NCBI GenBank assembly: GCA_963796965.1
Contig: CAWCNS010000008.1
Span: 32,001 to 96,000 of the forward strand
DNA: 64,000 nt
Reading direction: 5' to 3'
DNA from: Calditrichia bacterium
GTDB lineage: Bacteria > Calditrichota > Calditrichia > JAJRVZ01
In this document: piece by piece, positions 11,572-22,152 of the stretch
Layout of the letters: each line of letters begins with the position of its first letter
Position numbering within the stretch: position 1 is the first letter of the stretch
The notes under the pieces: generated by a model
The model's database searches: none
Seen by the model: the letters and a program-made list of their open reading frames with translations, nothing else
What the model was told of the DNA's origin: nothing
Made by a program: the position numbers and the translations under genes

Positions 11572-13116
11572 TTAGTGGATAGTCTTTCTCTGCCTTCCCT
11601 CAAGCACAAACCTCATTTTAAAGGGTTGCCAAATAAAGATTGCCCGGACAGTGTCTTCATTAAATGATACATCTATGTCAAAATAAAAGGGCTCACCCAC
11701 CTCCTGAAAATCAATATAAAACCTGTTTTCTGCAATCCATTTACCCCTGAGAGCCAGAATATTGTTATCTGGTTTCATTCCCCATTTCATCCCTTTTGAG
11801 AGACGGTACAGGTTATCCATTCCCACCGCCATATCCAGATCATTCTGATCATAATGAATTGACAAACGGCATTCATCTTCTTCTTCAAACCAAAGTGTGA
11901 GGTTTGAAAAATTCAGATCATTTTTTTTAAGGATGTATTTTTTACCTGAAATCTTTTTTGCAATCTCCGGTAAGGGATCGTGGTCTTGAGGCTCCGGGTC
12001 CTTCAATTCCCTGATCATTTTTTTTAATTGTTTTTGGTTGGTTAAATCGTGCGGTAGAGGAAAGTCATCTCTGATTGATGGAAGAATATATTTATTTATA
12101 AGTGTTTGCCATTGATCATTATCAGCGCCGGTAAATACAACGACCATATTCCATTGGGGGTAAATGGAAATAATTTGTCCGCCAAATCCTCTGGCGTGAT
12201 AACTACCGTCTTTATTCAGCCACCACCCATAACCATAACCCGAATAACCGCTGTCACTAAAATTTTTAAATTTATTTTTTGTTGATTCCATTACCCAATC
12301 TTCAGGTATGATTTGTTTTTTCTGCCATTTCCCCTTTTTCAGAAAAAGATATCCGAACTTTGCCATGTCAAGAGGGGTCAGCCAGAGTTTATCTCCACCA
12401 AAATAATAGCCCTGCTCATCTTTTTGCCAGTATACATTTTTAATCTCCAATGGTTCAAAAAGATACTGCTCACCAAACGTCTTTAATCCGATACCACTTG
12501 CTTTTGTAAATACGCCGGACAAAACATGTGTATTTAAGGTACAATAATTAAATCGTTCACCTGCTTCTTCTATAAAGGGTTGAGTAAGCGTCGCAGCGAT
12601 TAAATCCTTTTGAGACATAATTTTTTCCATAACCGGTCCATTTTCATCCAATTCCAGACCACTGGCCATCATCAGAAGATGTATTAGATTTATGTCCCTT
12701 CGTGGAATAGTGGCATATTCAGGGAAAAAGTCATATACATTTCGATCAAGATTTTTAATCATATTCTCTCTTAATGCAATACCGACCAGAGAAGAAATGA
12801 TGCTTTTACTGACCGATTTCACATCGTGCGTGATACTTCTATCATAAGGATGACTATAACTTTCTAATATTAAATGCCCGTTGCGGATGATAAGGAGGCT
12901 GCGGATTCTTAATTCATTATCCTGTATATCCTTAAGCATGTCAACAAAGAGAGATGATTTAAATCCTTGTTCTTCGGGCGTGGAAGTTTCCCAGAATGTT
13001 TCTTTAGTGGGCTTTTGCTCATTGTCTGATGGATTTTGGGACGTACAATTAAAATTGAATATTATAATTATAAGCAAGACAATAAGCGCTTTAAAAAAAT
13101 TATTATATCTTTTCAT
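11572..13116 (-). CDS. Serine hydrolase, beta-lactamase class C/NylB-like family, lipoprotein
   Basis: SxxK in DVKSVSKS; FNYCT; LTPLDMAKFGYLFL..G.W; YGYGWW; ARGFGGQ; lipobox FNFNC. Confidence 0.9.
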   Translation of the reverse strand: MKRYNNFFKALIVLLIIIIFNFNCTSQNPSDNEQKPTKETFWETSTPEEQGFKSSLFVDMLKDIQDNELRIRSLLIIRNGHLILESYSHPYDRSITHDVKSVSKSIISSLVGIALRENMIKNLDRNVYDFFPEYATIPRRDINLIHLLMMASGLELDENGPVMEKIMSQKDLIAATLTQPFIEEAGERFNYCTLNTHVLSGVFTKASGIGLKTFGEQYLFEPLEIKNVYWQKDEQGYYFGGDKLWLTPLDMAKFGYLFLKKGKWQKKQIIPEDWVMESTKNKFKNFSDSGYSGYGYGWWLNKDGSYHARGFGGQIISIYPQWNMVVVFTGADNDQWQTLINKYILPSIRDDFPLPHDLTNQKQLKKMIRELKDPEPQDHDPLPEIAKKISGKKYILKKNDLNFSNLTLWFEEEDECRLSIHYDQNDLDMAVGMDNLYRLSKGMKWGMKPDNNILALRGKWIAENRFYIDFQEVGEPFYFDIDVSFNEDTVRAIFIWQPFKMRFVLEGRQRKTIH

Positions 13117-13448
13117 AGTATTATCTTCAGGATTTCCAAATGACGAGGTGCAATCCCTTGATGCAAAGTATTACGTTAAGGCTGTTTCAGGAATCATGAA
13201 ATGCGTTTCTCAAAACTTCATCATCTCTATAATCTCGAACAATCCGACTGCTTTTCATACGAATTACTTATACCATTTAATATGACGTTTAGTTTGTACA
13301 AATTTCAAACACATTCATGCTTTCAAATTCGCTTTTTATTCAATTCAAAATATGATGTTATACCTGATTCTTAACATATTCTATTATTTTGTCTTTCTCG
13401 TGAATGGAGTAGGTAAACGCCCCATACCCATTTCTATTATTGGAATCC

Positions 13449-15399
13449 TCACTTACCATATAGCGGATAGGTATCAGTCGGCATAACCTGAACAATCCTG
13501 ATCGCCTGTCCGCCCTGTTCTGTCATAGATACCTTTATAATGGTTTCTGCATTTACTATAAACCGTTGGATCCTCACATGGGTTCGGGTTTTGACGGTTA
13601 GGTCATCGGAATAAATATGCGCCACATACGTCTTCTTCGGATGCAAAAATTCAAGGGGCACGTTGAAGGTCCTCGCTTTGCCACTATTCATACATCCGAT
13701 AAACCAATTTTCACCGGAACGACGTGCCATTACCGCGTATTCACCGATACTGCCATGAATAACCCTGGTATCGTCCCAGACAGTCGGTACATGATCAAAA
13801 AATTCCAGTTCCGGTTCGTTTCCAATAATACCCTCCTGGCCACCTGCTCCACCACGCGCCCGGGGCGAATCATCAGGCCGGTCATACCAGTAGAGAAATT
13901 GCCAGGGACTATAGATACACACAGCCTTGGCAAGTTGATAAGCATGAGAGGCATTCTTCTCTACCCGACTGTCATAATAACAGATGGTATTATCCCCGGC
14001 ACCGGCAAGCATGCGGGTAAAAAGTATTGTCAAGGTCTGGCTATTTGGTGGAGATGTTTCGTCACCCGCAATACCCTCCTGGGTCATGAAGTTTGGATAG
14101 GTACGGCTATAACCGGTTGGCCTGTACTCATCATGTACATCGACCATAAGCCCGTACTTTGCAGCTTTTCGTATGGCTTCATGGAGCCAGGACGTCCATT
14201 TCTGAGAACCGACATTGACAAAGCCATATTTCACTCCCTTGATACCCCACTGCTTATACAATGGCAGGATTTCATCAAGCTGACGCTCTAAGGCATGACG
14301 GTTTACATAAAGAAGGATACCAATATTTCGTTCATTCGCGTAACGGATCACCTCATCTAAATCCAGAGGGCCGGGCGATCGTTTTGGATCGACGGTCACT
14401 GTTCTGGCATCTGATACAGGGTCATTTTCAGGCCCATACCAGCCGGCATCAAACTCTACATACTGCAGATTACGTCTAACGGAAAAATCGACACAGGCTT
14501 TACCACCCTGTGTTGTTAGCGTGACCTCACGGATCACCTTTCCGGGCATGATCCATGCGGTGTTCCTGATTTGGCAGGGCGCATTCAGGTTCAGGATGAT
14601 ATCATTATTCTCCAGCAATCGCCCGGGGCTCTCAGCGATCATGATCACACGCCATGGTGTTGTAAGCGGGAGAGCTGCCTGAACGGTGCCGGTCAACGTG
14701 CTGATAAGAGTATGGGACTTCCTTTCTGACGGGGACAATTTCATCCTGGCATAGTCAACCAGTCTGGCCTCCGCAAGTGCAATATATATATTCTCATCAA
14801 CCCTTATGGTCAAAGGCCGTTCTATTCCTGCTCCCATTTCGCTGAGCGTTTTCTCTCGTACACGCCTTGAGCCGATGTAACACACCAGGCGGTATGATCA
14901 TCGAGAAACCTGAATTCCGTATTCTCTCTCAAAATATCGATACTATCCTGAACTGTGTTTTGGGGGATTTTGTAATAAAAAGCCACTCCCGAATCATAAC
15001 AGCGAAAAACGATTTCTAATTTATGGGATGGGGAGTTTATAGAAGACAATCTAACCGTCAGCTGGTTGTAATGATCTCTGATTGTCTGGCGTTCCCCATA
15101 AACGGGGATCCATGTGCTGTCCTGATTGCTTGTACTTGTCGAAAGTATCTCAAATTATCCCTCAATTAATATGATCCATCGGTTAAGTCGAATCCGAGCT
15201 GTGATTCGGCGAGGAGTGGTTGCCCCTTATAGGAGACCTTATATATCGGACAACTTTTCAAACCGGCAACATCTTTGAGGTCAAAGGAAAGCGAAATTTG
15301 TCCATCGGGTGATTTAATAGAACCCGCGACACAGGGATTCCCAAAACAAAAAACAAGATTTAAAAGTATCAAAATTGTTTTCATAAGCTTTCTTTCCAT
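13449..15399 (-). CDS. Glycoside hydrolase family 97, frameshifted
   Basis: IKSPDGQI N-terminus; FRCYDSGVAFYY; TPWRVIMIA; EFDAGWY; VDVHDEYRPTGYSRTYPN; EG..GDE; VPTVWDDT. Three ORF pieces (15166..15399, 14822..15049, 13449..14885). Confidence 0.9.
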
Positions 15400-15413
15400 A
15401 GCGCCAAAATTAA

Positions 15414-17102
15414 TTATTTAACTGAAAGATTGTCTAAAACCTGCCCAAGGCTCTGTAATTTTTTCTGGTACCGAGCCTGATCAATATTTTGAACTGAAAC
15501 ATTTTCATCAATAGCCTGAACTGCTGCAATACCGGTAGATTCCCCGCAGATCATGAAGACGGGTTCCATCCGGGCCGAAGCATAACCCAGATGAGTTGCA
15601 GAGAAACATACCGGAACCAATAAATTGGAGCATTCGGGTTCTTTGGGTGTTAAGGCCCGGTAGGAAATCGCATAGGGTACATTTGTTGGTCCCTTTGCGC
15701 CACCAACAAACATCTTTCCCTCAAGAGCGACAAATATCGAATCATTTTTTTCTATCCAGATCCGGCGGGAGGGATAGGTATCGATACCGTATTGGGCGAG
15801 ACCGACGGGATCATTTACAGATGTCCGGTTATAGACATCATGTGCCGTGATGGTGTAGTTGCCAATTAATCGCCGGGAAACCCGGATATATAATTGATGA
15901 GGCCAGCCATCAGTTTCAGGATGAGGTCTTTTGTCAAGACCCAAACTTTTTATGTAGGATCTGAATTCCGCAGGTATTCTGGGGTCCGTGCTTAAAAAAT
16001 GATGAAGTCCGCGTAGGTAAACCCTATGTTCCTTCCAGATACGCGCCTTAGTCCCATAATCGCCATTGGCATAGCGATGGCTAATTCCAACTGGTGCCAT
16101 TGTGAAAAGCGAGCTGCGATGATAATTGTATTCACCGGCATTCAACCAGCCGGGAAATATCCAACTCAATTGTTTCATCAATGCCGATGAATCGGGTATG
16201 GTTTTTACGAGATAGGCAACGTAACGACCAACTATCTCAAAATCATTTGCATCGTAGTTTTGTGGCGGATCTATCGGTACCCGATATCTTAGATCTGTTG
16301 TCACATAAAATCGAAAGTTATAAGCCTGGGTATAGTGATCACCACTTCCTTCCCTCTTATTGTGGTCCGCCTCAACCCACTTCAATGCTGGGCTGGTCGA
16401 ATTTCCGGATTCTGTAAAGGGATCGATAGGGGTCAGGTTCGTCGGGGGGCGCACACCTGCCATCTCCTCCCCATATTCGAAACTGGATTCACGTCCCACC
16501 CGGAAAGATACCCCGGCGCGGGCCATTAAATCACCATCATATCCGGCATCGATAAAAACCCTGGCTTTTACCCGTAAATGATATTGCTGTTTAGCCTGTA
16601 CTGGTGGAAGGCCATCATCAGAAAAAGGCGCCAAATCAAAGACAGCTTCATAAATTTTTGATCCATTTTTCCGACAATTACTAATCCGGTGATCATAAAT
16701 CACCTGGATTCCCTGCTCTTCAATCAGGGATAGAAAGTCAGCACGAATATTTTTAGGGTTTATCTGCCTGTTATCCGTCTTTCCTTCCCGTACACCGAGC
16801 GTTTCGAGCAAAGAGCGGCTTATTCCACCAACTGCTTCGATATTTGGACAGTCTTGTCTGGGTTTGATCCCTGATCCTAGAATTCCCCCAACCCATCGCC
16901 CTGGCTCTATAATCACCACAGACTTCCCTTCCCTTTTTATTGCCAGAGCGGCAACTATTCCGGAAGCTGTGGCCCCGTAGACACATACATCGGCCTCGAT
17001 TGACTTAGTTGTCGTTTCAATTTCGGTCATTTGGTTTTTACTAAAGCAGGGTAAAACAAATGCCAGAGAAAAAAGCCATAAGATCAGATTCATTGACAAC
17101 AC
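15414..17102 (-). CDS. FAD-dependent oxidoreductase (FAD_oxidored-type), secreted
   Basis: ADVCVYGATASG Rossmann motif; FIDAGYDGDL; QAYNFR; YIRVSRRLIG; NLLVPVCFSATH..ARMEPVFM. Confidence 0.88.
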   Translation of the reverse strand: MLSMNLILWLFSLAFVLPCFSKNQMTEIETTTKSIEADVCVYGATASGIVAALAIKREGKSVVIIEPGRWVGGILGSGIKPRQDCPNIEAVGGISRSLLETLGVREGKTDNRQINPKNIRADFLSLIEEQGIQVIYDHRISNCRKNGSKIYEAVFDLAPFSDDGLPPVQAKQQYHLRVKARVFIDAGYDGDLMARAGVSFRVGRESSFEYGEEMAGVRPPTNLTPIDPFTESGNSTSPALKWVEADHNKREGSGDHYTQAYNFRFYVTTDLRYRVPIDPPQNYDANDFEIVGRYVAYLVKTIPDSSALMKQLSWIFPGWLNAGEYNYHRSSLFTMAPVGISHRYANGDYGTKARIWKEHRVYLRGLHHFLSTDPRIPAEFRSYIKSLGLDKRPHPETDGWPHQLYIRVSRRLIGNYTITAHDVYNRTSVNDPVGLAQYGIDTYPSRRIWIEKNDSIFVALEGKMFVGGAKGPTNVPYAISYRALTPKEPECSNLLVPVCFSATHLGYASARMEPVFMICGESTGIAAVQAIDENVSVQNIDQARYQKKLQSLGQVLDNLSVK

Positions 17103-17120
17103 CCTTTTGAAATTGTGACT

Positions 17121-18209
17121 CTATCTATTAATGGCTGAAAGTCGAAAAATTTCCACAATCATGTCTTTTGCTTTTTCCATATCTTCCACATAGATATGTT
17201 CATCCGTTGAATGTTCCATTTTCGCCCCAATGCCAACCCCTGCCATTTCAATCCCCATATTATTGTAAATAGAAGCATCAGTAAAACCTGTCATAAATGC
17301 GGTTTTTGCGTCAATACCCACATGATTCAGAGCCTTCTTGGAAATTTCCACGACCTCCGCGGTGGGACTAATTTGTACGGCCTTACATTTATTATCAATG
17401 AGGATCTCTACCTCTGATCCATTTTTTGTCACTTCTTCACGGATAGTTGCTTCCATATCTTTACTTAACTTTTCAGCCTTCTCATGATCCAGACTGCGGC
17501 ATTCGGCAAGGAAAGTAACCTTATCGGGAACCCCATTTCGTATGATACCGCCTTCGATCACGCCCACATTCGCCGTTGTTTCTTCATCGAGGCGCCCCAA
17601 TGGCAATTTTGCTATGGCAAATGCGGCCGCCTGGATGGCATTGATCCCCTTTTCCGGTTCCATTCCGGCATGCGCCCCACGCCCCCTAATACTAACATCA
17701 ATGGCAAAATACGAGGGTCCGCCAATAATGATGGTTTCGAGTTCATCATTATCTAGTAAATATCCTTTTTTTGCCTTAAACAGGCTAAAATCCATTTCTT
17801 TTACACCCAATAACCCGACTTCTTCCTGTCTACTAATGGCTACTTCAACAGGGGGGCGAACCTCTGCAATCCTCAAAGCCTCCAGCAATTCTGCTATTCC
17901 CGCTTTATCATCTGCACCTAAAATTGTATTCCCTTTGACCGAATGACACCATCCTTCAGAACCGGTTCAATTCCTTTACCTGGTTGCACCGTATCGCCAT
18001 GACAGGACATTAAGACTGGTTCTTTTCCCTGGCAGCCCATTTCCGGAAATTTGGCTATAAGATTTCCATAAGGATCGATGATTACCTGTCCTCCTAACTT
18101 TTCGAATTCAGGTTTAAGATAATTCATAAAAGCCTGTTTCATTGCCCGATTCACTTTCAATTTGAACCATTTCCATAAATTGATGTATCATTCTGTCATT
18201 CATGTTCAT
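17121..18209 (-). CDS. M20 family peptidase T-like metallopeptidase, frameshifted
   Basis: MNDRMIHQFMEMVQIESESGNE start read from DNA; CHGDTV.PG; GADDKAG across the break; EEVGL.G; GAHAG.EPEKGINAI; HSTDE. Confidence 0.88.
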
Positions 18210-18313
18210 TCGAAACCCTTTTTGTAAATATTTATTTATGTTGTATTGACCTGAAGTTTACAAAATAATAACCATTATTAATTTCAGAGAGCCGATAATC
18301 AAAGTCCCCCTTA

Positions 18314-18510
18314 AGAGGGGCTGTTGCAGATTAGATACTTTTGATAGAAAAAAGTGTTTATCTGTTCGAATAAGCAAAAAACATCCCCCCTTAAGAAAGG
18401 GGGTTAGTCCCGTAGAACGGGATTAGTCCCCCTTTTCCAAGGGGAAATCCCGTCATACGGGACCACACCAAGAATTGTGCAAATTAACCGATACTGCAAC
18501 AGCCCCCTCT
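18314..18510. mobile_element. MITE-like element with ~16-bp terminal inverted repeats and internal hairpins
   Basis: Left AGAGGGGCTGTTGCAG (18314-18329), right CTGCAACAGCCCCCTCT (18494-18510); internal CCCCCCTTAAGAAAGGGGG and CCCGTAGAACGGG hairpins; the left ~85 nt recur inverted at 31013-31100. Confidence 0.75.
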
Positions 18511-18640
18511 GGGGAGGAGATAAATTCTTTTCAATACGATACCCATATTTGTTACCAAAATGCAGTAAACACCAGGTCAAGACAATATAATTTATCAACT
18601 GGATAATATTTAAGTTCCAAATCAAAACTTCAATCTTCCC

Positions 18641-19945
18641 CTATTTAACCGCTTTGACCTCTACGGGATCCCCAGTACTAATCAAACGAATCATAAACAT
18701 CTGGCGGGTCTTATTATTAGCAATGCCGGGTACAAGTATCGCATCGTTGGTCCGGTTCCAGCGCGGAGCAGGATCGATGCGAATATCACCGCCATAAGTT
18801 CCCTTGTCCAGGCCCTCACTCATCGCAAAGGCGCCATCCCCCAGCCGAAATACCGTATAATAGTTCTTGTTGCCTTTCTTGTACCCGTTAACAAACATCT
18901 CCCCACTGGGTGAAAGCGAAATATCACCCTCCGGATTGGGAAACATCTGGGACGTCCCCAACTGCCCAACCACTTTTTTCGTATCCACATCATAGAGAAT
19001 CTGGTTTTTGCCCTCCCGGCCAATCAGCAGATTACCCTCACCCCATTCGGGATGTCCACCAATATGCTTATCGTGCAGGATCAATCCGGTGCCGTCAGCG
19101 TGAATCGAGCACGGTGTATTGATGCGTTCGCCCCCCTGGCCGGCCCACCCGGCCCGTACAAAAAAGTAAATGCGATTGCTCTCCCGATTCCAAAGCGTAT
19201 GGTTGATAAACAGGCCAGTGTGTTCGAGATCCGGATTGTGCTTCTTCAATTGCTCTTCCAACTGACGGTAAGAAACCAGTAGTCGTTTCTTGCCTGTTTT
19301 GATGTCCACGATAAAAATCCCATCCTTATCAGGTGCCCGCTGGTCTTTTGACCAATCGAGTGTACCGGGATAACCGGTCACCGGACGGAGTCGCGCCAGA
19401 CGACCGTAATTCAAGGCGAGAAATGCTTTACCGTTCGCGGCGACCCCGCCATTTCCGATGGGCGTATCATCGAAGCGGTATTCATGGACGCGTTTCTTCT
19501 TTTCAAGATCGTAAAGAACTGTAAAGACGTTGCCTGTTTTAAGATCCCGGTCATTAAAGAAAAACATCGATTCGGCTGCCAACGGATGCCAATAGAACAT
19601 CGTTCCTTGTTGTGGATTCCAGGCATATGTTTTGTCTATCCGCAGAATCTTGTTATCCTGGTCCGTATCAACGAGGATAACCGTGGCCGCTTCTTCTGGC
19701 ATGGGCATGCGATCGATTGTGTCGATTTCCAGGCCGAGAATATACCGACCACTCGCGTTCCAGGGGATCGTCTGGCATTGACCGATATACCCAAAAAAAT
19801 GATGCTTTGTGCCGGAAGTGACCTGCTCGACCTTCAGATCAAACAAAGATACTTGTTCACTTTTGTTGGATGAACACATGAGAGAAAGTACAAAAAACGG
19901 AGCAATGCAGGAATAGTGCAATAGACCTGGTTTTAAATGCAACAT
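18641..19945 (-). CDS. Beta-propeller lipoprotein resembling oligogalacturonate lyase-like proteins
   Basis: HHFFGY..., AWNPQQG, NYGRLARLRPVTGY, NHTLWN, GHPEW, RIDPAPRW; lipobox-like LSLMC. Confidence 0.55.
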   Translation of the reverse strand: MLHLKPGLLHYSCIAPFFVLSLMCSSNKSEQVSLFDLKVEQVTSGTKHHFFGYIGQCQTIPWNASGRYILGLEIDTIDRMPMPEEAATVILVDTDQDNKILRIDKTYAWNPQQGTMFYWHPLAAESMFFFNDRDLKTGNVFTVLYDLEKKKRVHEYRFDDTPIGNGGVAANGKAFLALNYGRLARLRPVTGYPGTLDWSKDQRAPDKDGIFIVDIKTGKKRLLVSYRQLEEQLKKHNPDLEHTGLFINHTLWNRESNRIYFFVRAGWAGQGGERINTPCSIHADGTGLILHDKHIGGHPEWGEGNLLIGREGKNQILYDVDTKKVVGQLGTSQMFPNPEGDISLSPSGEMFVNGYKKGNKNYYTVFRLGDGAFAMSEGLDKGTYGGDIRIDPAPRWNRTNDAILVPGIANNKTRQMFMIRLISTGDPVEVKAVK

Positions 19946-19962
19946 TCGTTTCCTCTCTGATA

Positions 19963-21087
19963 TTATTTGCTTGTTAAAATAAAATCCATCGGTAAGTCAT
20001 TAAAAACGCGCGCAAAGGTGGCAATATTTTTATCATCCCCTTGAAAACTATCAATAGGTGCCGAAAGATAAAAATTTATTGGTGGTAAAAGAGAATTTTT
20101 ATTGGGTTTGGTAAATCCATAGAGACCAACATCTGCTTTAAGCGCATCAACAACCACTTTTTTTGCATCTTTATTATTCCAACTGGCCAGACAGGTAATT
20201 AATTGGGTATCTTTCCCAACCATATTTTTAATCGAATCTATTTTGGCCAAATCGCCTTCCTCGTTCATCAGCCAATCAACTTCCCGAAACATTTTTGAAT
20301 TAACTATATGAGGGTGGGTTATATCAAAAGAAGTTAACCAGATTAATGTTTTAGGATCTGTCTCTTTGGCTGCCTTATAAATAACATTCCAACATTCTTC
20401 AATCGCACGTCTGCTGTAAATAGTATACGCTTCCTCAGAAAGCGCTTTTTCTCCTGGAAAGGGTTTGCCCATTAATTCCTGATACCGTTCCTTTTCACTG
20501 TCTAACCACACGCCACCATGACTACCCCTGTTCGGTTGATAAAACCAATCAACCATAAATCCATCAATGCCTGTTTTTTTAACAGCATCGCGGATGATGG
20601 CATCAAGATATTCCAGATACTTCCTCGTGTAGGGGATATGTCGATCGGCCGGATATCCATAACTATATTCAGGATTTTCCATACCCCAGCGTGTGTTGGA
20701 GCCGATGCATAAATATCCCATCACTTTCATGCCTTCCTTATGTCCTAATTTTACCATTTCCGGCAAAAAGTCATATTTTAAACCTGGTTGTGGCGGTACC
20801 ACGCTATTTTTATACCAGGCATATCCATTACAAGAAACAATAAATGTCTGAATGACATTTACCCCCAGGTCTTTATACCACTTTATATGTTCCTGCGGAT
20901 TAGCATCTGCCCATAATCCAGGTGCTGAGAATGCATTGGGACCGCCCTCTCCCCAATTGAAATCCAGGTTATAGGATTTAAAAATTTTGTCCTTGTCAGA
21001 TATTTTTTCCGTGATATCACAACTGAGAGGAAGAATAAATAAGGCAATTAATGGAACCATTAATACACGTTTTCTCAATTTTCTCAT
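19963..21087 (-). CDS. Uncharacterised TIM-barrel glycoside-hydrolase-like lipoprotein
   Basis: Lipobox LPLSC; LGVNVIQTF.VSCNGYAWY, DFLPEMVKLGHKEGMKVMGY and GIDGFMVDW resemble GH29/GHL-type barrels. Confidence 0.5.
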   Translation of the reverse strand: MRKLRKRVLMVPLIALFILPLSCDITEKISDKDKIFKSYNLDFNWGEGGPNAFSAPGLWADANPQEHIKWYKDLGVNVIQTFIVSCNGYAWYKNSVVPPQPGLKYDFLPEMVKLGHKEGMKVMGYLCIGSNTRWGMENPEYSYGYPADRHIPYTRKYLEYLDAIIRDAVKKTGIDGFMVDWFYQPNRGSHGGVWLDSEKERYQELMGKPFPGEKALSEEAYTIYSRRAIEECWNVIYKAAKETDPKTLIWLTSFDITHPHIVNSKMFREVDWLMNEEGDLAKIDSIKNMVGKDTQLITCLASWNNKDAKKVVVDALKADVGLYGFTKPNKNSLLPPINFYLSAPIDSFQGDDKNIATFARVFNDLPMDFILTSK

Positions 21088-21089
21088 GC

Positions 21090-22061
21090 TTAATCGTTTC
21101 CTTCCAAATTAATTATTACTTTTCCTTTAGCCCTTCCTTCTCCAAGATAACGGAGCGCATCGCCAACCTCCCTTAAGGGATAATGCTTGTCTATAACAGG
21201 TACCAGTTTACCTTCTTCAATAAGCGTGATGATAAAATCCAAATCTTTATTTGATTTCAGAGGGAGGATAGCCATTTTTTTATCGGTGATCATTGAAATC
21301 CATGGTCCCAGGAATAGAAGCTGGAAAAGCATAGCCATGGAACCTCCGACCATGAGATAAATTCCTTTGGGACTTAAGGAACGCTTGTAATCGAAAATCG
21401 AATGATAGGCGGCAAGATCCAGGATCAGATCATAACATTGCCCGTTTTGGGTAAAATCTTCCTTGGTGTAGTCAATGACATGGTCTGCACCTAATGAGCG
21501 CATCATGTCTAATTTACCCGTGTTATCCACTCCTGTCACTTCCACGCCGAAAAATTTGGCCATCTGTATCGCAAATGACCCCGCACTCCCACCCGCACCA
21601 TTAATCAGGACCTTGTGTCCCGGTTGAATCTTTCCTCTATCGCGAAGACCCTGCAGGGCAATGCAGGCCGCCTGAGGTAGGGCCGCTGCTTGCTCGAAAG
21701 TCAAACTATCTGGTTTGCGCGTTAGTAACTTTTCACTCGCACAAACATACCCGGCAAAACCGCCCATACTTTCAATAATATCACCAAAAACCTTATCACC
21801 GGGCTGAAACTTTTTTACCTTTTGGCCAACCGCTACAATCTCCCCCGCAATGTCCGATCCGAGTATCCTATATTTTGGTTTTATCAGACCCCTTATGCGG
21901 GCATAAAGCGGCTTACCTCTTAATAGCTCCCAGTCAGACGCATTTAGGGACACTGCATAAATTTTAATTAACACCTCATTATCTCCAGGTATCGGTTTTT
22001 CTACCTCTTTGATCTGAAGAACCTCCGGTGGTCCGTATTTTGAATATACCATCGCTTGCAT
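21090..22061 (-). CDS. NAD(P)-dependent MDR-family oxidoreductase (quinone reductase-like)
   Basis: YGPPEVL; ILGSDIAG; VLINGAGGSAG; LGADHVIDY; GRAKGKVII. Confidence 0.92.
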   Translation of the reverse strand: MQAMVYSKYGPPEVLQIKEVEKPIPGDNEVLIKIYAVSLNASDWELLRGKPLYARIRGLIKPKYRILGSDIAGEIVAVGQKVKKFQPGDKVFGDIIESMGGFAGYVCASEKLLTRKPDSLTFEQAAALPQAACIALQGLRDRGKIQPGHKVLINGAGGSAGSFAIQMAKFFGVEVTGVDNTGKLDMMRSLGADHVIDYTKEDFTQNGQCYDLILDLAAYHSIFDYKRSLSPKGIYLMVGGSMAMLFQLLFLGPWISMITDKKMAILPLKSNKDLDFIITLIEEGKLVPVIDKHYPLREVGDALRYLGEGRAKGKVIINLEGND

Positions 22062-22152
22062 ATGTTTATCTCCAGGGAAAGTTTGATTCGGTCATTTGTG
22101 ATATAGTTAAAAACAATCGGGCCTTAAAGAATGTACTTACCTTTTTTTTCTT

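Noticed and set aside
13617..14291. Long plus-strand ORFs such as 13617..14291, 50049..50591 and 34980..35315
   Set aside because: Antisense shadows of well-supported minus-strand genes.
22097..22112. CRP-like site TGTGA-N6-TAAAA downstream of the cyclase fusion
   Set aside because: The second half-site matches TCACA at only 3/5 in AT-rich DNA, which is not distinguishable from chance.
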